Assembly: GCA_002269645.1 (NCBI GenBank)
Contig: NIVC01001897.1
Span: forward strand, 51,979 to 115,978
Source: Macrostomum lignano
Lineage: Eukaryota
DNA length: 64,000 nucleotides
Direction: 5' to 3'
The notes under the pieces are model-generated. The model was not told the origin of the DNA, did no database searches, and worked only from the letters and a program-made list of their open reading frames with translations. Positions within the stretch are counted from its first letter, which is position 1. The number at the start of each line of letters is the position of its first letter. Below are positions 1 through 10,995 of the stretch, one piece after another. The translations under genes were made by a program, and so were the position numbers.

Positions 1-6
1 TACAAG

Positions 7-222
7 GGGGCCGTAGCCCAGCGGTAGCGCAGCTGCTCTGGTGTCCAGCGACCCAGGCTCGATTCCAAGTGCAGTCACATTAATTTGGGGCTGAATTGGA
101 ATCTCGGCTTGGCTCTGCTCGTGCAATTAACGGCCTTGAGAGCCAACCCCCAAGGCGCAGTGAAGTGTACATGCCTAACAAAATAAAGTTAGGGCCGCTG
201 TACACTCCTGTGTGAGTGTGTG
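7..222 (+). mobile_element. tRNA-derived SINE (Pol III A/B boxes, structured 3' body)
   Basis: A box TAGCCCAGCGG at 14-24 and B box GGCTCGATTCC at 56-66 with tRNA-like spacing, but acceptor and T stems do not pair. The 3' part has two hairpins (GCCTTG 133-138/CAAGGC 151-156; GTGTAC 165-170 + CCTAAC 174-179 / GTTAGG 188-193 + GTACAC 200-205) and ends in a TG-rich tail. Confidence 0.7.
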
Positions 223-334
223 CCTGCGTACGTATCGCGCGCTTGTGTGCCTGCTCAGGGGAGTCGGCGGAATGGGCAGTAATGCCTCTCGCCGGTTGTG
301 TGCCTATGAATCTCTCCCCTACTCACACTACTCT

Positions 335-590
335 CTCTTTCCTACTCTCTCTCTCCCTTATAGCCCTACCCTCTCTCCTCTACCCTATCTTCCTCTAACC
401 TCTCCCCTACCTCTCTCCCCTACCCTTTCTTCCTCCACCCTCTCTCCCTACCTCTCTCCCCTACTCTCTCCCTCTTTACCCTCTCTACCCCACTCTCTTC
501 TATCCTCTCTCCCTCCCCTCTCTCCTCTCTACCCTCTCTCTCTATCATTTCTCCTTCTACTTTCTCTCCTCAATCTCTACCCTCGGTATC
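335..590 (+). repeat. CT-rich low-complexity tract
   Basis: Degenerate (CTCTCC/CTACT)n; source of the spurious ORF 212-601. Confidence 0.85.
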
Positions 591-1236
591 TTCCCTTTTA
601 GTAGGAAATTAGACATTTCAAATGCAGTAGTATGCTCACATTTAGTGTATACGAAATCTAATATTACGAGTAAAGTTCAAGATTATTTAAAACAAAAATC
701 CAGTATAAATCCACTATATTTTTATCCACAGGTTTCAATGAAATGAATTATTCTAGCACTTACATTTTCTACTCGCAACAGAGTACAGAATAAAAAACTT
801 GTTAAAATTTGTTTGGGTTGCGTGCAGGAATGCTGATGATGCAAGTGCAGATTTTGGCAAGTAAATGGAAAGGAACTATTACTGTCGTAGCACTAATTTA
901 TTGTGCATGTGATGTAACTTTGGGAAATTTTTACCAATTCGATTCTTCAGTAGAAATACAGACAAAACGGAATAGTGAATGCATTCATAAAATATACATG
1001 CTAGCTTGTCAACTAAATGAAGAATATGGCACTAAAATACAGAATAGACAATAGTAGTGGGATACGAACCAGCACTCTGCAGCAGTACTATTGATACATA
1101 TAAATCGTATTGTAATTAGAAAATAGTCTCCTGAGTTCGTATACATGTAAAACAATCGTTTGTTAGAGTTGATTAAAATCTTTCTTTAAAAAATTCCAAA
1201 GCAAGTTCAACAAGCGTTTTTAGAGGGGGTTGCTCA

Positions 1237-1645
1237 AATAGAAGGGCGCGGGAAACTATAGGTTTCTTGGAAAATTTTGAGGCAGGTTTTACCGAAAAAA
1301 TACATTAGTGAGATAGATTTTAGTTTTTAAGCAAAATAAACTTGTTATTTATTGCTTTTGATATAAGGGAGCGACTATTTCTAGCTCTATTGATACTCAT
1401 AAAGCTTTTCGTTTCTAAAATAAGGATTCTATGTATTGATGATTATTATGTATGAATATCAATAGAGTGTTAAGAAAGGCAGACATATCTAAAAGATGAA
1501 CACTGGGTCTCCATTCCATCAAAAAGCAATAACAATTTTTGTGCTGAAAACAATGAAAACCTCGACTATTCTCTGTAATGTATTTTTCCGGTAAAACCTG
1601 CCTACAAATTTTTTTCCAAGATACGGAGTTTCCCGTCCTTCTATT
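1237..1645. mobile_element. Foldback element / old MITE with long imperfect inverted arms
   Basis: Left arm 1237-1401 is the reverse complement of right arm 1451-1645, e.g. AGGCAGGTTTTACCG(A/G)AAAAATACATTA, TTGTTATT..GCTTTTGAT and CTCTATTGAT(A/T)xTCATA blocks; 49-nt spacer; no clear TSD. Confidence 0.75.
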
Positions 1646-2053
1646 CATACTTAAGTGGTCCTTGGGGCTTGTGCTTGTGCGCATTAAATGTACATTGGTT
1701 TGCTAACTAGGCCGATGTACATACGATGGCCATAGATCATGGGGAAGGCAATAAAATTGGGTGAATGGAGCCAATGTAAATACCGACACTGGGAATTGAT
1801 TACAATGTACATTCAAAATAGACCGCATCAACCCCCCCCGCCCACGGAAATTTCTTGCCTCCTTTTCAGAGGGCTTGCTATACTGATAATGAAGGCTAAT
1901 TAAAAAGAAACTGCACATTGTCAATGTTAACCAGAACAGCGATTAACCGTAGACTGAGCAAGTGTAAACAAATTTTGTTTTGCAAGATAATAATTCTACA
2001 TGTAATAATTTTATCGGGGTCCATAGGTCCAATTTAGCTAGTGTGTTTTTTTA

Positions 2054-2688
2054 TTATTTAATAGTACACTCGAATCGACTGTTGCTCCCAAGCGGCGTAT
2101 TCAGAAAACTCTGTCGCTCGTTCAAAGCTCGGCCTGTAGCTGCTGGTGAACTTTTTGATGGGATCGGCAGCAGCAGCAACTGGCGATCGGCTCTTCTTTC
2201 GTTGCTTTTTCTTCTTTTACTCGGCACCGCAGCCGACACTTGATAGTTCTGTCCCACGGCGTTGTCCCAGAATGATTGACCCAAGCTTAGCGCTTCGAAG
2301 CAGACGCAGAATTCGAAGTCAACAGCCGGAGTGGGACACTGGAATGTAAAGCTAAAACTGTCGTGAGCCCCACCGTCACACAATGATAAATACTTGGCGT
2401 CGAAGTCTTTGTAGCTGCGCCAGGAATCGAATGAGACTCGCACGAAGACTCGCTTATCGAAACAGACATTCTTCACATTGACAATGCCACGAGCTGTGCA
2501 GCCCTCGAAATGCAAGCTACTCAGGGAAACGCAATTTCGTTCGAGATTCTCGCGAAACAGGACATACCGTGAGACTGGCTGCTCAAAACGGCAGTTGTAC
2601 TGACAGGTGCTCGCCAGGGTAGCCTCCGATTCGCTCTCTGATGTTGATTCGACTTCCGTTTTGGGCAGTGGCAGGTTCGCCAGAATTT
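2054..2688 (-). CDS. PPP1R3: PP1 glycogen-targeting regulatory subunit (PPP1R3 family), exon 2: CBM21 domain and C-terminus
   Basis: Encodes GIVNVKNVCFDKRVFVRVSFDSW...DSFSF...FEFCVCF...FWDNAVGQNYQV, matching CBM21 motifs GxVxVKNxxFxKxV and WDxNxGxNY. Acceptor tttttttgacAG at 2690-2689; phase 1 (G|AA = Glu) matches exon 1; TAA at 2056-2054. Symbol is family-level only. Confidence 0.92.
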
Positions 2689-3084
2689 CTGTCAAAAAAA
2701 GGACATGAGGATTGGATGTACATGTACTATTTGGGTGGCGCATCTTTTAGGGAGTGGACAAGGGGCGCCAGCACCCCACGACTATATAACTTTCTTAAGA
2801 TTTTCTACGAACACCTTTTGCTGAGTCCTGACACACGGAGAGAGCTTAAAGTCTAAAGCAGTGTTTGAGCAAGTTACATAAAAATCTAAACTGATAGATA
2901 AAATAGTTTGAAACTATTAACTAGTTAGGATAGTAGTATATAAAGTGTGTTCATAACAAAATATGGACAAACTCTGCTTGTAACTATAATAAATGGAGCT
3001 ATAGTCCGTAAGATACTCGTATACTTACACATTTTTTATTGATAATGATAATACTAATAATTGATTGCACCTGCCCTAATGGAT

Positions 3085-3141
3085 TATTGCGCGGCGCATC
3101 TGAAGACTGCGTACGGCTGTTCAGTCCAAGGAGGGGGGTCG
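3085..3141 (+). repeat. Dispersed repeat, copy 1 (in PPP1R3 intron)
   Basis: TATTGCGC(G/A)GCGCATCTGAAG(A/G)CTGCGTACGGCTGTTCAGTCCAA..GGAGGGGGGTCG, near-identical to 63939-64000. Confidence 0.85.
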
Positions 3142-3240
3142 CCACACAAACCCTCAATTAGCTAATGCTGATGCCCATTTTACAGCTGGGTGAACTGAAG
3201 CAACTGAAGCAAACAGTTGTCGAATGCAGACTGAACTCAC

Positions 3241-3928
3241 CTCTAGGCAGCACCGGCGGCACCCAGGATGGCTCGCGCATGAGTCGCACCTGGGTCAAAT
3301 CGAGCCCCATCTCGTCCGCAAATTGGACACGCTTTCGTTCTTCCAATCCTTTCGAGCGCGCAGACTTGTAAGTGAAGCCGCAAGACGCCACTCGACGCAT
3401 CTCGGGAAGCTGAAGGCTTTGGCTTAGCATCTGCTCCTGGTGCTCCAAATACAGTTCCTTTTGCAGCAATCTTGGCAGCTGTTGTTGACTGGGCTTCTCG
3501 GATTTTTTCTGACTATCTTCACCATTTTGCTGGCTTTGCTGCTTTGCGGAAGTTTGTAGCGATCCATTGGCTTGTTTCTGCACTTTTTCTGACTGTTGGT
3601 GCAGTTCTAGCCGTGACAGCTGTTGCATCAGTACATCATGTTCTTTTTGCGGAATTTGCTGCTCCTGCTGAGGTTTTTGTTGCTGCTGCTGCAGTTTCTG
3701 CTTCTGCTTCAACTGACCCTGTTCCGTCTGAGACAGGCTCTGCTTCTGTTTCTGTTTGAGCAGATTCTGGTCAGATTGACCCAATATCTTCTGTTGTTCT
3801 CTCTTGACCGCCTCTGCCGCTTGCTGCTGCATCTGCCGAGAGCTACTGTTACTCGTGTACTTGTAGAACTGACCGGACTGCGCTTGCAGCTCCATGGGCA
3901 TCAGTTGCGTTTCAATATCGGAGGACAT
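3241..3928 (-). CDS. PPP1R3: PPP1R3-family subunit, exon 1: Q-rich N-terminus and RVxF PP1-docking motif
   Basis: ATG at 3928 (in-frame TAA upstream at 3955-3953); KRVQFADEMGLDLTQVR (KRVQF at 3334-3320) matches the PPP1R3 KRVxFADxxGLxLxxV signature; donor AGAG|GTGAGT at 3240. Spliced CDS 688+635 nt = 440 aa + stop. Confidence 0.9.
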
Positions 3929-5489
3929 GCCCAACGCAGAGATCAGAAGTCTTTATTGAGACGACACGATGCAAAAAAGAGAGTGACCTTGCCGCAGCTC
4001 AGGCGATGAGTTTTGTCACTACCTGTCGGCGTGTTTCGTGCCAACGGCACTATTTTCTAGAAGAACAATAGCCTCAGTCTTCTACAAGATGCGTCTGCAA
4101 AATTAGGGCCTATTTAGCCCGCGTCTTTTAACTTCCAATCCGCCAGAAAAGCTGACAGATTTGTATTTCGCTCTGCTTTCTCTGTCTGTGTCTCTGTTCT
4201 TCTCTTTCTTAATGCAGCTCTCAAACGAGTAGAGCGGTATTTTCCTTGCGTCTCTTTTTGTGTCCACAGATTTGCTATCTCTGCTTACCAAAACCACCCC
4301 TCCCTCCAGTCCTGTCTGCAAGCTCTGCGTTGTTATTCGTCTTTCCGCCTGACCTCCATTTGAAGCCAAATTCATTCGAGATTTCGACGCTGTTTATTAT
4401 CGCTTTCACGCGGCGAGCAAGTGGTTTGGCGGAGGTTGGGGTGGCTGCTCGGGCTCTTCCGACTGGCCCGTCAGGCCACCTCGTGGTGGAACGCATTTTT
4501 AGCCTAGCCAGTTACGTATGCCATTGCGCAAGGGAAATTCTGGAGAGGAATGCCCAGGAAGAAACTGTATTTTTAGAACGGGACTGTTGTTCAAATAAAA
4601 TTAGCGCTCTGTGCTACTAACAGCGGCAGTGGTAGTTTATCTAGCTAATGTTGAAATTTTTATTGAAAAACTGTGCCTTGTGACAGGTAGCTGAAAAGTC
4701 TTGCTAGGTACTTCTACTAGGTGACAACTCTCCAATGTAAAATTTCCAGTTTGTGAAAGCGACCCCTCCGATCTATAAATCAGTCATTGAATAGGCTCTA
4801 GTTACTCAAATCCATATTTTGACTGTTATGTGCAGATACCAATAATCTATAAAAAATAACCACATGAGTTTTCTGGACTAGCTGTCGTGTATACAGTGCA
4901 TGCAGTCAGTCGTATAGCGATTGCCCAACATGTGCAGCTCCCGGTTTGATGGATACCACAGTAGATTCGGTCGGGCAAATTGCTGTGCAGGATGAGTCTA
5001 AACTCCAAACGATAATTCGAGCTCTGCTTACTGTCAATCACTCTAATAGCATTGGCGACCCGATGAGGTTAAGCTTCAGGGGTAGAGTTGGGGCGTGATG
5101 GTTGGGATCTTGGAAGCTAATCTCCGGGTTACGCGCCTGGCGCTGCAGTGTTTGCTTTTCAAAACTGCTTGTTGGTCGGTTTTTTTTGTCAGCTGCCGCT
5201 AGCAGATATTTGACTACGTAACTAAAAGTGAAATTGCAGCATAATACAGTGTACACGAATGAGGACCGGTTGCATTCCACCCACATAGAGGGTTGAATCC
5301 TGGGCAAAAATATTGTTTGTTCATCTTGACAAATTATAACTGAATTCTCCTAATGTTCTCTTTGACTGTGAACGAAGACTTCGAGACATTATCAGAAGTC
5401 ATCAAATTTCCATGGTCAATAAATATTCTATGATTTTTTCCTGCAACTACGAGTATCAATACGCATGGGTTCAAGAAATGCGAAGTTTA

Positions 5490-5670
5490 GGCAATATATA
5501 AAGTTAAGGCAATGTTATCTTTAGGCAATGTAAAGCTAAAGTAATGTGATGCTTAATCAATGTGATGGTTAGGCAGTGTGATGTTTAGTCAATGGGATGT
5601 TTAGGCATGTGATGTTTAGTCAATGTGATGTTTAAGTAATGTGATGTTTAGTCAATGTGATGTTTAGGCA
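5490..5670 (+). repeat. Degenerate 16-bp tandem repeat
   Basis: Unit approx AATGTGATGTTTAGTC. Confidence 0.75.
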
Positions 5671-5680
5671 ATGGATAAAT

Positions 5681-5774
5681 AATCAGCGGTCCCAGTGCGT
5701 GACATGATTGTCTGGCGAGCGCCGGTAGGCGCGAGCCATAGACAAATCGTTGCCACGTGCTGCGACCGCTGATT
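5681..5774. ncRNA. Long imperfect hairpin (pre-miRNA-like or tiny MITE)
   Basis: AATCAGCGGTC (5681-5691) pairs with GACCGCTGATT (5764-5774); pairing continues about 40 bp with G-U pairs, small bulges and a tandem GA/GA internal loop up to a GGTA loop; extendable to about 5669-5784. Confidence 0.45.
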
Positions 5775-6444
5775 CTTTGCATTGTTTTTCTGTTTGACGA
5801 TCCTACAGACAATGCATTGTTTGTAGTAATGTTTGTTCTGCATAAAATATACGAATAATGATCGTCAAATTGCTAAACAATGTGATGACAAAGTGAAGCA
5901 TAGGATATGTGGACTTACTTGGCAAAGGAAACTTTTGCACTTTTAAAGATAGCAACTAGCCAAAGCGACAAAAGTTTAGCCATAGACATGCACAGATGCA
6001 TATAATAATTCAATCAATAATTGAGTCCATTCTCATTAGCGAAAAAGGAGAGATTAACAAATCAGATACTTTCTTTCTCTTTAATTGAACCAAATCCTAC
6101 TAATTTAATGCATGCATTCCAACTCTGATTGATTTTGCCAAACCAAAATGTATATGATTCAGCAATCTTGGGGAAGTTTAATCGAACAGGTCGAACATGT
6201 TCTGGCATTCGATTCGGTCTTTATTAGCCGCCTGTTAGTCTGCAGGTCTGCTGTCCCGCGGCCTTCCCTGGTCGTGAGTGCCCCAGCTAGTCCCAGTCAA
6301 TTTTCTCAGATATGTGCATATTGATGGAGGGGGCAGAGACACATTTGAGCTGAGGCAACCCAGCTGCTCATCAACTGCCAACAGCCCTCTGGTTCAATTC
6401 ATTTTTGTATCTGTCTACTACTCTTTTCCGTGCTAGTCTCTGAT

Positions 6445-7228
6445 TACCTCTCCCTCTCCCTGTCTCCCTCTCCTTGTCTCCCGGTCTTCCTGTCTCCCTC
6501 TCCCCCTCTCCCTGTCTCCCTCTCCCTGTCTCCCTCTCCCTGTCTCCCTCTCCCTGTCTCCCTCTCCCTGTCTCCCTCTCCCTGTCTCCCTCTCCCTGTC
6601 TCCCTCTCCCTGTCTCCCTCTCCCTGTCTCCCTCTCCCTGTCTCCCTCTCCCTGTCTCCCTCTCCCTGTCTCCCTCTCCCTGTCTCCCTCTCCCTGTCTC
6701 CCTCTCCCTGTCTCCCTCTCCCTGTCTCCTTCTCCTGACCCCCCTCTCCCTGTCTCCTTTTCCCTGTCTCCTTCTCCCTGTCTCCTTCTCCCTGTCTCCT
6801 TCTCCCTGTCTCACTCTCCCTGTCTCCTTCTCCCCTGTCTCCTTCTCCCTGTCTCCTTCTCCCTGTCTCCTTCTCCTGTCTCCCTCTCCCTGTCTCCTTC
6901 TCCCCGTCTCCTTCTCCCTGTCTCCTTCTCCTGTCTCCCTCTTCCTGTCTCCCTCTCCTGTCTCCCTCTCCATGACTTCCTCTCCCTGTCTCCCTCTCCT
7001 GTCTCCCTCTCCCTGTCTCCCTCTCACTGTCTCCCTCTCCCTGCTTCCCTGTCTCCCTACCCTGTCTCCATCTCTCCCTCCCCTGTCTCCCTGCTTCCCT
7101 GTCTCCCTACCCTGTCTCCATCTCTCCCTCCCCTGTCTCCCTCTCACTGTCTCCCTCTCACTGTCTCCCTCCCCTGTCTCCCTCTCCCTGTCTCCCTCTC
7201 ACTGTCTTCCTCTCCCTGTCTCTCCTAC
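6445..7228 (+). repeat. 14-bp pyrimidine-rich minisatellite
   Basis: (TGTCTCCCTCTCCC)n, degenerating 3'. Confidence 0.95.
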
Positions 7229-8024
7229 TCCAAAACTGCATTACGAGTATTTTGCTACCAAAACACGCCAACTTCAACAGAACCATGGACGTTGCTTTTA
7301 TAGTTTCCAAAATCGAAAAATTCCTTTATGTTGAAGAACTACACCAGAAGAAACTGTTCTGAAACAATGTTCTGCTTCGTTTAGTTTGTGCTGCTTGTCC
7401 TCAGAAACAATCTGGCTGTGACACCGCGAACTACTCGACAAGTTTTCGTCAAATTTGACGAGCCAACATCGAAATCTGTCCGTTCTGTCCGAATCTCGAA
7501 CCACTTGAAACAAAAAAATTCTTTTTATGGGTCACGTTTGAAAAGAAAGAAATGCCAAAGCAAGGTAATGCTGACTGCCCAACTAGACTTTAACCTATAG
7601 GCTTCATCCCTCGATGACCTCCTGCAGATGATGATGAAGCAACTGACTTGTGTCGGCATGACCCTCAGCTGGCACTCGAAACTCTACGAGACAGAAGTTG
7701 CGTCATTTCAGTTGTTGCGGTTTTGCATTCCACGCGTGCAGCTTCCACAATCGCAGCATTATCCTCATCACTCCGTCATCCAGCCAGTTCCAGTTTTGTT
7801 CCTCATTTCACCCGGGTAACAAAATCCCCATTTCGCAGTTTCGCACCTCTAATCGCCCACCTGGACTAACTTAATTCTTACGCTGAGGTTTGAAAGACCT
7901 GGTGACCTTTCACAGTGTATGTATATCAACATATGTATATATATTCATTTCTTATTATCTAAATCGAAGTTGAGATGTAAGCTGTGAGATAAGATCAAAA
8001 TTTCAGCGAGATATCAATCAGATT

Positions 8025-8575
8025 TCAATGAGATTGAAGTGAGATATAAAATAGATTGAAGAGAGATCCTAAATTAGACTAAAGTGTGATCCCAATGAGA
8101 TTGAAGTGAGATCTCAATGAGACTGAGGTGCGATCTCAATGGGACTGAATTGCGATCTCAATGAGATTGAAGTGAGATCTCAATGAGATTGAAGTGAGAT
8201 CTCAATGAGATTGAAGTGAGATCTCAATGAGATTGAAGTGAGATCTCAATGAGATTGAAGTGAGATCTCAATGAGATTGAAGTGAGATCTCAATGAGATT
8301 GAAGTGAGATCTCAATGAGATTGAATTGAGATCTCAATGAGATTGAATTGAGATCTCAATGAGATTGAAGTGAGATTGAAGTGGAATATAAAAGAGATTG
8401 AACAGAGATCCTAAATTAGACTAAAGTGTGATCCCAATGAGACTGAGGTGCGATCTCAATGACACTGAATTGCGATCTCAATGAGATTGAAGTGAGATCT
8501 CAATGAGATTGAAGTGAGATTTCAATGAGACTGAAGTGAGATCTCAATGAGACTGAAGTGAGATCTCCATTAGAG
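8025..8575 (+). repeat. 22-bp minisatellite with internal palindrome
   Basis: (ATGAGATTGAAGTGAGATCTCA)n containing TGAGATCTCA; the block GAGATCCTAAATTAGACTAAAGTGTGATCCCAATGAGA is duplicated at about 8063 and 8405. Confidence 0.95.
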
Positions 8576-9204
8576 CCCTAACTACCAGTAAGAGCCATGT
8601 GAACACATATTGAGGGCAGAATTTTACAAGTAGGTAAATTCAGGTAACAAACAAACCCTGAGGTGAAAAACGACAAATGCAAAGCAGATGGTACCTTAAT
8701 TAAGTGCCAATTACAAATTTACCTAGAAAATATTTTGCCTCACACACCGGAACCGAAGCGCTGGTAACCGCATCAGTCACCCTATGCCAAATCCTTAAGG
8801 TCAAAGGTTGCAATTAGGCTTAGGTGTTACAATCAATTGGCTTTTGCGTGAGTGGACCAATACATGTTAATCGTAAATTAGCTATATTGTGTGCGACTGT
8901 AAATCAATTGTCATTAAGAGGGTGGAGCGTACGCTGCCATTTGTCACACTGCTGTTCTACAATTATTTATTGCCAAAAGAAAAGAGTACCTGATCTCCAT
9001 GGTGCTCATCACACTTCCTGATTCTCACTACTGACTCTTAATCTCTCACACTTCCTTCTCTTTTATGGGTAGAAACTCAGCCTTCTGGAGGGCATGAGGT
9101 TATGACCTCCACTCTAGAGACGAGTTCCCGTTTGAATTCGACCCGAGTAAACGCCTTTCCCAAACCGATGTGACTCTCAAAAGGAAAAATCTCGGACCAT
9201 AGCA

Positions 9205-9925
9205 CTCTCCTCTCACTCCGTTTCTCGCACTCTGTCACTCTCCTCTCACTCCGTCTCTCGCACTCTGTCACTCTCCTCTCACTCCGTCTCTCGCACTCTG
9301 TCACTCTCCTTATCACTCCGTCTTTTTCACTCTGTCACTCTCCTCTCACTCCATCTCTCGCACTCTGTCACTCTCCCTATCACTCCGTCTCTTTCACTCT
9401 GTCACTCTCCTCTCACTCCGTCTCTCGCATTCTGTCACTCTCCTCTCACTCCGTCTCTTTCACTCCGTCACTCAGCCTCTCTCACTCCGTCTCTTGCACT
9501 CTGTCACTCACCCTCTCTCACTCCGTCTCTCGCACTCTGTCACTAACCCTATCACTCCGTCTCTTGCACTCTGTCACTCTCCTCTCACTCCGTCTCTCGC
9601 ATTCTGTCACTCTCCTCTCACTCCGTCTCTTTCACTCCGTCACTCAGCCTCTCTCACTCCGTCTCTTGCACTCTGTCACTCACCCTCTCTCACTCCGTCT
9701 CTCGCACTCTGTCACTAACCCTATCACTCCGTCTCTTGCACTCTGTCACTCTCCTCTCACTCCGTCTCTCGCATTCTGTCACTCTCCTCTCACTCCGTCT
9801 CTTTCACTCCGTCACTCAGCCTCTCTCACTCCGTCTCTTGCACTCTGTCACTCACCCTCTCTCACTCCGTCTCTCGCACTCTGTCACTAACCCTATCACT
9901 CCGTCTCTTGCACTCTGTCACTCGC
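9205..9925 (+). repeat. About 33-bp CT-rich minisatellite with 172-bp higher-order period
   Basis: CACTCTGTCACTCTCCTCTCACTCCGTCTCTCG units; identical blocks start at 9564 and 9736. Confidence 0.9.
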
Positions 9926-10724
9926 AAACTGTCACTCTAACTCTAACACATTGTCATTGTCATCTTATCATTCAACTGAAATTACGCGCTTATTCAGAGC
10001 AATCCGGTACCTCTATCTCGCAACCCCCTCCCACCCCTCAACTTTCAAAGCACCAACCGACAAGCACATATCGGCCTTATAAACGCAGTTTCAAAAAGGT
10101 GCGAAAATCCGTTATTATATCTTCACAAAGAGAAAGAAGCAGCTTTAGAAAATTTCAGTCTGCTAACTGAATTAGCACCTCGCCAACCCCTCTGCGCTAC
10201 GCTTGAACTGCGAAAGTTTCTAAGAAATGGCTCGACAAATTGATGACTATTCCGCAGTGATATAATGCATCGTCTGCCCTTCTGTTGTGAGGCAGGGTGC
10301 GGTGTGCAAGGGGGGTGTTTAGAAAAGGTGCGAAAAACGTTCTTAAAACCCTTTATTTCATTTGCAGACTTCAAGGTGCCGCAGCTTAAACGAAACCAAT
10401 TGATAAAATTAATAGAAAATTCCTTTTAAGCTGTTAGTATATTAGTTATACCTGCTTTGACATTGAAGAGTTGGATCTGATTGACAGTTTATAATTCTCT
10501 TCATACCACCTATAGCTCAAGATCTGAGCAGCTGGAGCTTTGAGCAACTCCACAATTGGTAAGATTTGCTCTAAATTAAGTGGCTTCCTTTTTAAAAAAT
10601 TCTACTTGGCCTTGCCAATCTTTTCAGGGACTTCTCCGTGGGAAGTGGGTATGGTATACACTTGGACTGGAAACCCCTTCCTGAAACTGAAATCTCAAAC
10701 ACTTGATGCATCAACTGCTCCTAC

Positions 10725-10995
10725 CACTCCCTCTCTCACACCCTGTCTCTCCTCTCTCACTCTCCTGTTAGTTCCCCTCACTCTCCTGTCACTCTTGTCA
10801 CTCTCCGTCACTCTCCTGTGACTCTCTCCTGTCACTCTCCCGTCACTCTCCTGTCACTCTCTCTTGTCACTCTCTTGTCACTCTCCTGTCACTCTCCTGT
10901 GACTCTCTCCTGTCACTCTCCCGTCACTCTCATGTCACTCTCCTGTCACTCTCATGTCACTCTCCTGTCACTCTCCTGTCACTCCTCTCTCTTCA
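10725..10995 (+). repeat. CT-rich short-period repeat
   Basis: (CACTCTCCTGT)n-like. Confidence 0.85.

Noticed and set aside
7-78. Functional tRNA gene
   Set aside because: A and B boxes are present but acceptor, anticodon and T stems do not pair; treated as a SINE head.
4103-4375. Upstream ORF with KSVSF (RVxF-like) as an extra PPP1R3 exon
   Set aside because: No convincing splice path into the 3928 frame; short motif expected by chance.
6371-7334. ORFs of 258-286 aa (RETGRGRQG / SLSPSPCLP)
   Set aside because: Translations of a 14-bp repeat lacking stops; unit not a multiple of 3.
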